Assembly (NCBI GenBank): GCA_964409875.1
Contig: CAYPEN010000003.1
Coordinates: forward strand, 557-64,556
Direction: 5' to 3'
DNA from: an uncultured Gammaproteobacteria bacterium
Lineage (GTDB): Bacteria > Patescibacteriota > Microgenomatia > Levybacterales > GWA1-39-11
DNA: 64,000 bases
A program made the position numbers and the translations under genes. Position 1 is the stretch's first letter. Each line of letters starts with the position of its first letter. Of this stretch, positions 1-8,524 are shown one piece after another. A model generated the notes under the pieces. That model did no database searches. It was given only the letters and a program-made list of their open reading frames with translations, and was not told the origin of the DNA.

Positions 1-714
1 GATATAATAATTCTAACGATTGAGGAAATCGACAAGATAATCAATACGAAGCTCGATTATGGTAGCCAGTATGGTAAGGATATGTCTTTTCTTGATTTTA
101 GATACAGAACTTTAGTTATGTTTTTGGCAGAAACTGGTTGTAGATATGGAGAAGCAGAAAACCTTTTAGTTAAAAGAATTGATATTAGTGCTGGAAGAGC
201 AACTTTTGTAAATACAAAAACTAACGAAAACAGAAGTGTGTATTTTACTGACCCTCTAAAATCAGACCTAGCGAAACTTATTGAAGGGAGAAAACCAAAT
301 GACCATGTATTTCGCAACTCTAAAGAAATACAGGTAAGAGCATCAGATTTCAGCCAGGATTTGAAAAGGCGAGCGAAAAAAGCTGGAGTGATGAAAAGAG
401 TACACCCACATATTTTCCGTCATTCTTATGCTACCCACATGCTAGAGACTGGAGTTCCAGAAACACAGGTCGCTTCTCTTGGAGGCTGGAAAGATATTAG
501 AACCCTTTATGAAGTATATGCGCATCTTGCAGATAGGACTTTAAGACAGGCGGCCATGAGACATCCATTGGTTAGAAAAAATATAGACCCCCGAGAAATA
601 TTAAGGATAGTAAAGGAAGGCATCGACAAGTATCATTTAGATGAAGATGGGAGATTCGATGTTAAATTGAGTGTGGGCAATAAAGGTTTATCAATAACTA
701 TTGATATCTTATGA
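1..714 (+). CDS. tyrosine recombinase / phage-type integrase, 5' end truncated by window edge (reading frame open from nt 1)
   Basis: Catalytic box II region HPHIFRHSYATHMLETG...LGGWKD...LYEVYAHL (R..HxxR..Y pattern of XerC/D-lambda Int family); earlier Arg in TGCRYGEA; frame 1 is open from position 1 to the ORF. Confidence 0.85.
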   Translation, partial: DIIILTIEEIDKIINTKLDYGSQYGKDMSFLDFRYRTLVMFLAETGCRYGEAENLLVKRIDISAGRATFVNTKTNENRSVYFTDPLKSDLAKLIEGRKPNDHVFRNSKEIQVRASDFSQDLKRRAKKAGVMKRVHPHIFRHSYATHMLETGVPETQVASLGGWKDIRTLYEVYAHLADRTLRQAAMRHPLVRKNIDPREILRIVKEGIDKYHLDEDGRFDVKLSVGNKGLSITIDIL

Positions 715-888
715 TTTTAGCCTGGAAGTCATTTTGAGAATAACTCCACAGCCTCTAACCACAAGGTGCTCAGTTCGTCATAATTCTTCGCGTGAATCCA
801 CGAATAAACAACACGTGATTTATAGCAAGGACTGGTATATGTATACTTTTCATTTTTTCTCCTCTTAAATCGCAAAATAGCGTAACTT

Positions 889-1170
889 CTAAGCACAAAT
901 TTGCTTTAAAATTTCACTGTCTAGACGAAGAGTTATAAATTCTCCGTCTTGTGTATTTTTTAACAATTTAAGTACATTTTTTTTAGCAACTTTTCTTCCA
1001 GACAACTTAGTTTGTTGAATTATGAAATGTAGGAGTGGATAGTCACCAATTACATCCCACTTTGGACTAATTCTTAAATCCTTATATATGGAAAAAAGCG
1101 TAGCTTTCCTTATAAGTGAAGTTCTAATAATAGATTTAGTAGATTGTAAATCCTGATATTTGTAATTCAT
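889..1170 (-). CDS. hypothetical protein (ORFan, island cargo)
   Basis: 93-aa ORF, co-oriented with two upstream minus-strand small genes; no recognisable motif. Confidence 0.35.
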   Translation of the reverse strand: MNYKYQDLQSTKSIIRTSLIRKATLFSIYKDLRISPKWDVIGDYPLLHFIIQQTKLSGRKVAKKNVLKLLKNTQDGEFITLRLDSEILKQICA

Positions 1171-1312
1171 AAATACTCTTACACGTGCATTAAATGCTTT
1201 TAATGCACTAAGTTAATTGTTTATTTAATGATTATATTTGTAGGAACTCAGTTTCCCTATGATAGTGAAATTTATTTCTCTATCTCCAGAAATTGATTTC
1301 TCCCCTTGCACA

Positions 1313-1630
1313 TTATTCATATACCCTTAATTGACCTAATTCATAAAGTAAACCTGTGAAGTAGTATGAATTATGTTGTGGGTGTTTACCTGCCTTTTTC
1401 CAACCAATAAGCCTGTTGTCTTTGAGCTCTTTTAGCAAATTACCGATTTGTCTCGTAGATACGCCAATATCCTTTGCAAGAGTGCTTCTACTAGGAAAAC
1501 ATCTCCCGTCAAGACCTGCATATAGCAATAGGTTCATAAGTAAAAGCCTTGCTGTGGGAGAGATATTATTATCCCTAAGCACTTCTCTTAATCCTTCAAA
1601 ACTAATTTTGTATGTTTGACCGTCTTCCAT
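1313..1630 (-). CDS. helix-turn-helix domain protein (phage/plasmid replication-regulator-like)
   Basis: SRSTLAKDIGVSTRQIGNLLKELKDNRLI is a classic HTH (wHTH) segment as in DnaD-like/HTH_36 phage proteins. Confidence 0.5.
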   Translation of the reverse strand: MEDGQTYKISFEGLREVLRDNNISPTARLLLMNLLLYAGLDGRCFPSRSTLAKDIGVSTRQIGNLLKELKDNRLIGWKKAGKHPQHNSYYFTGLLYELGQLRVYE

Positions 1631-1724
1631 AGTCTTTATACGAAAAAGGGTTCGTTTTAATGCTCATGTATTAACTTTAAGCACTAAAACGAACCAAACA
1701 ACACTTACCGAAACTACTATTTAG

Positions 1725-2033
1725 CTAGTCTTTTTTTTGTCGGTATTTTTTTCGCAAATCCTCAATAACTCTTTGTTTTTCTTTCACTGCCTCGTGCATC
1801 ACATTGTCTATTTGTGTCGCAAGTTCATTCTCTTTGGCTTTTTCTGCAAGCTCTTTCAGCCAAGAGGGAGGAACAGCAATAAACGAATTCTCAACGTTAT
1901 AAACGTGAGCATACAAAGGAAAAACGTTTCTGTTGAAATCATTTTTAATCGCGGAGGCACTGGTTTTTGTTTTTGAATTAGAAAGTGCAGAAGCACTTTT
2001 CAATTCAATCTTAATACCAGCAATAAATGACAT
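1725..2033 (-). CDS. hypothetical protein, coiled-coil C-terminus
   Basis: 102-aa ORF, first gene of a leftward operon leaving the divergent promoter region 2034-2241. Confidence 0.35.
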   Translation of the reverse strand: MSFIAGIKIELKSASALSNSKTKTSASAIKNDFNRNVFPLYAHVYNVENSFIAVPPSWLKELAEKAKENELATQIDNVMHEAVKEKQRVIEDLRKKYRQKKD

Positions 2034-2091
2034 GGAGTTAGTATACCATTACTGCGGTATGGTGTCAAGTGCCAAAATAAATCTGCCTTTT

Positions 2092-2100
2092 TGCTATAAT
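2092..2100 (+). promoter_or_regulatory. extended -10 promoter element TGcTATAAT
   Basis: TGCTATAAT at 2092-2100 in divergent intergenic region; would place TSS about 2107, upstream of the GC-rich element. Confidence 0.3.
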
Positions 2101-2139
2101 AACCTTAATTAAGTTGCCTAAACTTACAGAAATGTAGGC

Positions 2140-2243
2140 ATGGCAGAGAAACGTTCAACGCAAAGAACCCTCGTCAGGGCGCGTTGAACGTCATGTTTCC
2201 GAAAGGGGCATGGGGCCGAAAGGCCTACTGACGGGGGCTTTTT
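2140..2243 (+). promoter_or_regulatory. GC-rich structured RNA element (riboswitch-like leader or small RNA); strand not certain
   Basis: About 58% GC over 100 nt in an AT-rich genome. Stem A is 10 bp perfect: CGTTCAACGC (2152-2161) with GCGTTGAACG (2181-2190). Stem B is CCCTCGTCAG (2168-2177) with CTGACGGGGG (2228-2237), 10 bp with one G-U; it crosses stem A, giving a pseudoknot or alternative fold. Two CCGAAAGG GNRA hairpins (2199-2206, 2214-2225). A U-run follows at 2238-2243. Confidence 0.35.
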
Positions 2244-3075
2244 GATAGCCCGAGATTTAACAATGGAAATCCCAAACTGGATTAAAAGTTATTGGAAAAA
2301 AAGTAAGTTCTCCAAAGCTGTTGTTATGATACTTGCTATGATTTTATGGCCAATAACTGCAGTGATTATATGGACTTCAATAAAAGGAGTAAAAAAAGAA
2401 TGGAAGAGGAAAATTTTACAAAGTATCTTCATATTCTTATCAGTTCTTTTTTTAATAACCTGGCTAGTATTTGCACTGGGAATTGTAGTTTCAAATAAAA
2501 ATAAATCGAATGTAAGCAGTGTCAGTCCTACACCTATGCTTACTCAGCAAGGTGATTGTCTTGGGCCAGACGGGAAATGGATACAATTAAGTCCCGATGA
2601 ATGTCAGAAATTCAACGACGCATGGAAAAACCCTCCCCAACAAAACCAAGAACAAACGCAGGCACAACAACCTACATCTACACCAGTTATAAGCAAGGAA
2701 TATGACAAAAACAAAGGAAACAACTATGTAGCGGCACAGGCAGCAGAAGCTATGCAGAGCATAATAGATAAAGCCGCTGAAGGGGCAGTGTTAAATGTAT
2801 TCATTGAGCTTTCACCAGAAGACCCAAGTGGAAAAACAGAAGAAGAATATAAAGGCTCATTGACCAGTGCATTTGTACAGATTCAAGTATCTCAATCGTT
2901 CTGGAATAGCTTAACTGATGATTACAAGAAGGATTTGGTTGCAAGCTTTGTAACCAGTGTAGGAAATATTTTCCCAAGACCCTATCCTCATGTTTACGTA
3001 AACAATGGAGTACGCGAAGTAGCAACGGGAGAATACAACCTGCTTAAAAGTGAGGCTCAAGTTAAACTGAAATAG
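2242..3075 (+). CDS. membrane-anchored protein with Gln-rich linker and C-terminal extracytoplasmic domain (alternative start ATG 2263)
   Basis: Two to three N-terminal hydrophobic helices, then a QQNQEQTQAQQ linker and a 150-aa soluble domain; no known motif. Confidence 0.45.
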   Translation: MIARDLTMEIPNWIKSYWKKSKFSKAVVMILAMILWPITAVIIWTSIKGVKKEWKRKILQSIFIFLSVLFLITWLVFALGIVVSNKNKSNVSSVSPTPMLTQQGDCLGPDGKWIQLSPDECQKFNDAWKNPPQQNQEQTQAQQPTSTPVISKEYDKNKGNNYVAAQAAEAMQSIIDKAAEGAVLNVFIELSPEDPSGKTEEEYKGSLTSAFVQIQVSQSFWNSLTDDYKKDLVASFVTSVGNIFPRPYPHVYVNNGVREVATGEYNLLKSEAQVKLK

Positions 3076-3393
3076 GTTTTCGACAAGAATTTTTCCCTAT
3101 TTTTTCAAAGCGACTTTTAGGAAAACCTATAATGGCCGAGAATTGACTTCGTCTATAGTAGGTTAATCTAATAATAGAAAATCCGACCAGGCCCTATATA
3201 TACTTAGTAGAAGTTTTGAAATATAAATCAGAAACAGACATTAACTTAGTTGATTCTTATCAAATATTATAAACTCTTATGTCTTTTGATGAAAAACTAT
3301 ATAAACTTTGTATACAAAATATATACATTTATATTTTATTGATATATTTTTTCCTGAAATATCATACTCGATTTGTTAGAATAGTCGTTAAAT

Positions 3394-3957
3394 ATGGCAA
3401 AAATCTCGACAGACCACCTGTACTCGCTCAATTTTGAGTACTTAATGATGATGTTGTTTCCGAAGGGAGATAGTCCTGTTGCATCTTTTGCAGACGATGA
3501 GCAATATGTTAAAACATGGTTGAGAAAAGCAATTAAGAAGTTTATCAAAGAAGTTAACACACTCGATACAACTCAAAGACATAAAGATGTATTGATACTT
3601 CATCTTGAGAGCATAAACCGTCGATTAAACGGTGGAAACATTTGGGAGATAATTTTTGATTTATTCAACGTAATAGCTCGACTATTTGGCTACGATTATC
3701 ATAAGGGTCAAAAGCTTTTAACAGCTATATATTCAGAAACACCTTATCAACATTTTTGGAGTGGATTGCATGCGGGTGAAGACTGGAAAAAGCAAAACGG
3801 AATAAGAGAATCTTTTATCAGAAAAAGGATAGAGTTAATTAAGCAGTTGAAAAAAGATGGGTATTCGACTTTTGATATATCGCAGATATTCAATACAACT
3901 GACTACGAAATCAAGAAAATACTTAGAGAAACGAGCCGAAGTAAAAGGGAAAAGTGA
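3394..3957 (+). CDS. hypothetical protein, possible C-terminal HTH
   Basis: 187-aa ORF; the C-terminal DGYSTFDISQIFNTTDYEIKKILRE resembles a sigma region-4-like HTH (weak). Confidence 0.4.
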   Translation: MAKISTDHLYSLNFEYLMMMLFPKGDSPVASFADDEQYVKTWLRKAIKKFIKEVNTLDTTQRHKDVLILHLESINRRLNGGNIWEIIFDLFNVIARLFGYDYHKGQKLLTAIYSETPYQHFWSGLHAGEDWKKQNGIRESFIRKRIELIKQLKKDGYSTFDISQIFNTTDYEIKKILRETSRSKREK

Positions 3958-4074
3958 TGCATGGTTTCATAGCGTGAAAAGTGGAACTATAAGACACTCC
4001 ATTTTTTTATCTAGCTTCAAAACTGATTTTATGTCGCATAACTAGCTTCATTTTTATGTCTTAGAATATTTATT

Positions 4075-4581
4075 TTGCGTCATGAGATATGGTTTGATAT
4101 AGAGCTTCAAATTAAACACACATATTTAAAAAGAGCATTTGCTATAATTGAATTAATGATTGTCAATATATTAATTTCTGTAGTAGCTTATCTTGTTTTA
4201 ATGTATGTGAGCGTTAATTTACTGGGTCTTCTTGTAAGAGGCTTGTTTACAAATCCTGAACTCGATAAATTAAAAAGCGAAGGACACGAATTCATTAAAA
4301 AAGAAATTGAAAAATCCCAGCGAGCTGACAAATGGATTAATGTTTTTGCACTGATATTAATCATTGGGTATTTTTATGCGTTGTTTCATTTTTGGAATAT
4401 AGGAGTGGTTGCAGTGGCGATAATAATTATGGTGGGAAGACTACCTGATTTAGTATGGGAGATTAAACATGGGAAAAAAGTTGACCCTAATTTGATGAAG
4501 CATAATGCAATGTACTACATTACGTCTTTTTTACCATGGATTGGATTACCTCTTTTGTATTACTTTCTCTATGTAATCTAG
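4075..4581 (+). CDS. hypothetical integral membrane protein (about 4 TM)
   Basis: Hydrophobic helices IIELMIVNILISVVAYLVLMYVSV, INVFALILIIGYFYALF, GVVAVAIIIMVG, YYITSFLPWIGLPLLYYFLYVI. Confidence 0.4.
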   Translation: MRHEIWFDIELQIKHTYLKRAFAIIELMIVNILISVVAYLVLMYVSVNLLGLLVRGLFTNPELDKLKSEGHEFIKKEIEKSQRADKWINVFALILIIGYFYALFHFWNIGVVAVAIIIMVGRLPDLVWEIKHGKKVDPNLMKHNAMYYITSFLPWIGLPLLYYFLYVI

Positions 4582-4585
4582 GAGT

Positions 4586-5065
4586 ATGAGCATCGATTTA
4601 ACTAAAAGAGCAGAAAAACTTGACAATATGCGTTTGAAAGGTATGGCCGAAAAATTATCGCTAGAAGAGGCTGAAAATATTGTATCAGTTTGGGGAGTAC
4701 ATCTTGAGCATATGGGTGGTATTAGAATGCTTTTTGGGATTAGTATTCCCGAATCAATTCTGCCTTATCCAATTGTTATTCTACAGGGCGCTCTAAATAA
4801 AATGGAAGCATATTATCATGCACAAGGTATACATGATAGGGTTAAACTTCTTGAGAGTACTGAAATGGAGCTTATGCAATATACAACTGATGAAGAGGCG
4901 ATAAAGGAAGCATTAACAAATTTGGGTAATAATAAAATGAAGGATGTTTTAATTGAGGGTCTTAAAGATTATCAAAAAACCCAAATGGAAAATGGCTATT
5001 TAGTAGATAAGAGACTCTTTAAACTAAGTAAACCCCGTATAGAAGAACTTATAAAAGACATTTAG
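4586..5065 (+). CDS. hypothetical protein
   Basis: 159-aa ORF starting 5 nt after the preceding gene; no known motif. Confidence 0.4.
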   Translation: MSIDLTKRAEKLDNMRLKGMAEKLSLEEAENIVSVWGVHLEHMGGIRMLFGISIPESILPYPIVILQGALNKMEAYYHAQGIHDRVKLLESTEMELMQYTTDEEAIKEALTNLGNNKMKDVLIEGLKDYQKTQMENGYLVDKRLFKLSKPRIEELIKDI

Positions 5066-5189
5066 GAAAATTAGCTTACAGATGATGGGCGCATTTATTA
5101 GGAAAAACCGATAGATTTTGTCTCCAAGAAAAATACTCCTTAATTATTCTGAGCAGGGTGCAATTTTTGGCTTCAAAGCAGGCTATTGA

Positions 5190-5198
5190 TGTTATAAT
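5190..5198 (+). promoter_or_regulatory. extended -10 element TGtTATAAT abutting the start codon (possible leaderless transcript)
   Basis: TGTTATAAT at 5190-5198, only 6 nt before ATG 5205. Confidence 0.3.
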
Positions 5199-5204
5199 CC
5201 TGGT

Positions 5205-6278
5205 ATGCAGAAGAGGTCAATTAAGAAAGCAAAATTTAGAAGACGACAGGTAGAAAGAATATTTAAATACGAAGTCAGTAAAAGACTTTATCTAAAAAAG
5301 GCACGGTACGAAAGGCTTCCAAATAGAATTAAACAGGGCAGAGGAAGAAGATTTATAAATGATTCTAAACACGTTAAGCAGGAAATTTGTGAGGCCCCTG
5401 CTACATTTTCACTAATTGAAAATACTACAGAAGTGATATCTTATTTTGATAAAGCCAAGAAATCCCTTGCGACAGATATACCAGTCGATTTTGATTTAAG
5501 CAAGATTGTAAAAATGGGACCTGAAACCCTAACATATTTATGTGCCTTCATTAATGAAGATAAACTTACGCACAACACCGCCCTCAAGGGCAATACGCCA
5601 AAAGACCCAAAAGTAAAGGAAATGTTCCAGAAGTCAGGCTTCTATAATTTTGTGATGTTAGATTCAGTACCTGAATATTATAGCAGGGAAATTGCTGATG
5701 ATATGATTCATAGAATAACAAGGGAAAAAGTAGAGTCTGAATTGGCAGGTTTAGTTTGTAAGGCGGCTATGAAACATTCGTTTGATAGCGAGGATTTTAA
5801 AAAGCAAAACTTCTATCCAATCTTGATTGAGTGTATGGCTAACACACTGAACCATGCTAATTACATAAACAAAGAAGAAATTTATAATTGGTGGCTTCTT
5901 GCTTACAAAGAGCCTAACACAAAAATTACAAAATTTTGTTTTATTGATTTGGGAGTAGGTATATTTAGTTCGTTGGAAGATAAGTACAAAAAAAAGAAAC
6001 TGGCCGAACTATTAAAATGGTTTATTCCAAATAAACATAAGGAAACTTTAGAGAGAATATTTAAAGGTGAGAGAAGAACATCTACAAAGAACTTAAGAGG
6101 GAGAGGGCAAGGGCTTAATTACATTTATCAACTCGTTAAAAAAGATGGAACAATTAAGAATTTTACACTCATAAGTAATGATATTATTGCTAAAATCGGG
6201 TATAATACAGGGGACAAGATTGTGAAAATGAATAAAAATTTCATTGGGACAATGTATTATTGGGAAATAGCTCCGTAA
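5205..6278 (+). CDS. GHKL-superfamily ATPase (anti-sigma-factor serine-kinase-like) with basic 200-aa N-terminal extension
   Basis: Bergerat-fold motifs: N-box ECMANTLNHAN, G1 FIDLGVGI (DxGxG), G2 GRGQGLNYI (GxGxGL). The N-terminus is K/R-rich. Confidence 0.6.
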   Translation: MQKRSIKKAKFRRRQVERIFKYEVSKRLYLKKARYERLPNRIKQGRGRRFINDSKHVKQEICEAPATFSLIENTTEVISYFDKAKKSLATDIPVDFDLSKIVKMGPETLTYLCAFINEDKLTHNTALKGNTPKDPKVKEMFQKSGFYNFVMLDSVPEYYSREIADDMIHRITREKVESELAGLVCKAAMKHSFDSEDFKKQNFYPILIECMANTLNHANYINKEEIYNWWLLAYKEPNTKITKFCFIDLGVGIFSSLEDKYKKKKLAELLKWFIPNKHKETLERIFKGERRTSTKNLRGRGQGLNYIYQLVKKDGTIKNFTLISNDIIAKIGYNTGDKIVKMNKNFIGTMYYWEIAP

Positions 6279-6613
6279 TTATGAACTACACAGATATAAA
6301 AATTGCTGAAGATTTTAGTATTTACCCTGGTGCAAGATATAAGACTGATGGTAATTTCTCGGGAGAGCAGTTTTATGAAGATTTATTAAAGTCTAAACTA
6401 ACCGAAATTTGGGACGATGAGGATAAAGGAATAAGAATTGATTTTGATGGTACCTTTGGATACGCATCGTCTTTTATATCAGAAGTATTTATTAGAACCG
6501 TCAAGGATTTTAAAGACAAAAAAAAGATTAAAAAAAAGCTAGAATTTAAATCTGATGATGAGCCGTTATTAATAAAAGCGATTTTGCAAATAATAGACGA
6601 GGCAGAGGAATAG
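6260..6613 (+). CDS. STAS-like small protein (anti-sigma-antagonist-like, DUF4325-type)
   Basis: 117 aa; IRIDFDGTFGYASSFISEVF resembles the STAS phospho-serine loop (DxSGVxFxDSSGL). The start overlaps the upstream stop by 19 nt. Confidence 0.5.
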   Translation: MGNSSVIMNYTDIKIAEDFSIYPGARYKTDGNFSGEQFYEDLLKSKLTEIWDDEDKGIRIDFDGTFGYASSFISEVFIRTVKDFKDKKKIKKKLEFKSDDEPLLIKAILQIIDEAEE

Positions 6614-7200
6614 TGAGATTTAATAAAACGACATTATTAGTTATATTATGTATTTATCTCTTTGGTGTAATATCTGGGGCTTTTCTGAATGATATTCCAA
6701 ATATTACTTTTAAAAAAGAGATGTCTTTGGGTGAAACCGCAAATTTTATTTTAGCCGTATTTATTGCTATATATATACCTTTTTTCCTCGATAAGAAAAT
6801 TAATAACAAAAGAATTGAGAAGGATATCATTATACAAGCCAGTGGTAATTTAAATGGTGAATTATATGATTTAAAGAAAACAATAATTGACCCTCTTCAC
6901 GTTTCTCAAAGAATAGTTAAGCAAAGCGAGGTCAAAACTATACTAATCAGAACCAGGAGTATAAGCAATATGTTGGGCCTATTAATAAAAAATGTTAAAC
7001 CCTATGTATCAGATAAAGATATAAAGAAAATTACAGAGGAACTTGAGAATAACCAACTTACATTTTGGACAGACTTAACCTTCAATCTTAAAGACAAAAA
7101 TCCTAAAATTACACAAGAGGTCTATCTTCGAACAGAGAAAAATATAAATACTTATTCAGGGAATATATCCGCTTTGATAATGCGTATTAATGGTTTTTGA
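6613..7200 (+). CDS. membrane protein, two N-terminal TM helices plus soluble domain; GTG start overlapping the upstream stop by 1 nt
   Basis: TLLVILCIYLFGVISGAF and ANFILAVFIAIYIPFFL helices; 1-nt overlap (taGTG) indicates translational coupling. Confidence 0.5.
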   Translation: MRFNKTTLLVILCIYLFGVISGAFLNDIPNITFKKEMSLGETANFILAVFIAIYIPFFLDKKINNKRIEKDIIIQASGNLNGELYDLKKTIIDPLHVSQRIVKQSEVKTILIRTRSISNMLGLLIKNVKPYVSDKDIKKITEELENNQLTFWTDLTFNLKDKNPKITQEVYLRTEKNINTYSGNISALIMRINGF

Positions 7201-7456
7201 GTGATTTTATATTATATTGACTTCTGAATTCTAAACTGCTAAATTCATCTTGTACTTTGAAGACATAAAAACACTTTCTGTTTCAAGGAGTGTGTAATAA
7301 GTATTTGAAGCTAAAAACAAGTCCTGTCTTATAAATCCCTGCATTTCTAAGGCAAAAAAACTAGGCGGAATACTGCATGTCTGTCGCCATTTCAAGACAG
7401 AAGAATAAAATTTCTCAGATTCGATAGGATTTTGCGAAAGTGATATTATAGCTCGT

Positions 7457-8119
7457 ATGGGTATTGGAAACTTCAAGATTGTTCGCAAAAATAGAAAATC
7501 AATTGCAATTGTAATTTTGCCTACTGGACAGGTAGAAGTAAGAGCTCCAAAATTTATTCCGGAATTTGCTATCAAGGCATTTATAAAAAGCAAAAGTGAG
7601 TGGATAAAAGAAAGGCAAGAATACGTTCTTAAAAGCAAAACAGAGCCTAAAAAATTTGCCAACGGTGAAAAATTCTTATTTTTGGGAAAAGAATATTCTC
7701 TGCTGCTTGGTCCTTCACCACACATCGAAATAATCGATAGTACATTGCACTTTCCGCTAGCTCTAGCCAAGAATGGTCACAGTATGCTTGAAAAATGGTA
7801 CATAAAGCAGGCAAAACAAGTTATTAAAAATCTTGTGGAGGAATGCTCCAGGGAAATGGAATTGCCATATAATGGAATTTCATTCTCGGACACGCGATCT
7901 AAATGGGGTTCTTGTACCCCCGACAACAGATTGCAGTTCAATTGGCGACTCATTATGGCGCCCCTCCTTGTAATTCGGTACGTCGTAATACATGAATTGG
8001 TCCATACGGTTGAGAAGAATCACAAAACACTTTTTTGGAATAGAGTCCGTGCAAAAAATCCAAGTTACAAAAACCAAATTAAGTGGCTAAAAGCAAACGG
8101 CAATGCATTGAAAGTATAG
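7457..8119 (+). CDS. YgjP/DUF45-family (M48-like, SprT-like) zinc metallopeptidase
   Basis: HELVH zinc motif in VVIHELVHTVEKNH; length and layout typical of YgjP. Confidence 0.7.
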   Translation: MGIGNFKIVRKNRKSIAIVILPTGQVEVRAPKFIPEFAIKAFIKSKSEWIKERQEYVLKSKTEPKKFANGEKFLFLGKEYSLLLGPSPHIEIIDSTLHFPLALAKNGHSMLEKWYIKQAKQVIKNLVEECSREMELPYNGISFSDTRSKWGSCTPDNRLQFNWRLIMAPLLVIRYVVIHELVHTVEKNHKTLFWNRVRAKNPSYKNQIKWLKANGNALKV

Positions 8120-8184
8120 ATGTGAAATATCTCAAATCTTTAGAGAGTTAAAAAGCTTCGTTATTACCTAATTCGTAAAAAGAC

Positions 8185-8517
8185 TCAGTAATCTCTTTTC
8201 TTATAAAAAACAAAAAGCAACACAAAAGAGATAAGTGAGATTATTATTAAAACGGTAATAACTGCGTATATAGTGGTTGGCGGAATTATTTGTGTTGCAG
8301 CTTGTTGAAATGAAATTTCATCAGTATTCACAACGACCGATCCACTCGCTATAGTCGCAGCTCGTTGCCGTATTTCTAAAGGATGCGTTGAGACCAGATA
8401 AATTACAGGGATTGTAATGGTTGCAAAGAAAAGAATGAGATATGGAATAAAAAAAGGTGAGGACAATGATTCCTGAAGTTTTTTTATAAAGGATTTACGT
8501 TTAATTTCTTTTACCAT
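8185..8517 (-). CDS. hypothetical membrane protein
   Basis: Two hydrophobic helices; 110 aa; sits 7 nt downstream of the pseudouridine synthase gene. Confidence 0.35.
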   Translation of the reverse strand: MVKEIKRKSFIKKLQESLSSPFFIPYLILFFATITIPVIYLVSTHPLEIRQRAATIASGSVVVNTDEISFQQAATQIIPPTTIYAVITVLIIISLISFVLLFVFYKKRDY

Positions 8518-8524
8518 AACCTCA

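Noticed and set aside
715-888. Possible tRNA/tmRNA 3' fragment (att site) downstream of the integrase
   Set aside because: No acceptor/T-arm (GGTTCGAATCC-like) structure could be found on either strand; GCTCAGTTCG at 768-777 resembles a D-loop only superficially.
2140-2243. Identification of the GC-rich element as tRNA, tmRNA, SRP or RNase P RNA
   Set aside because: No T-loop, tag-peptide frame, SRP domain IV or P4-like conserved motifs could be recognised; it is left as an unclassified structured element.
3074-3128. 8-bp inverted repeat AGGTTTTC...GAAAACCT after the stop of ORF 2242..3075, a possible terminator
   Set aside because: A 38-nt loop and no following U-tract, so it is too weak to call.
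7231-7770. 179-aa minus-strand ORF
   Set aside because: Antisense overlap with the well-supported YgjP-like metallopeptidase gene (7457..8119) and low-complexity composition; most likely a spurious ORF.
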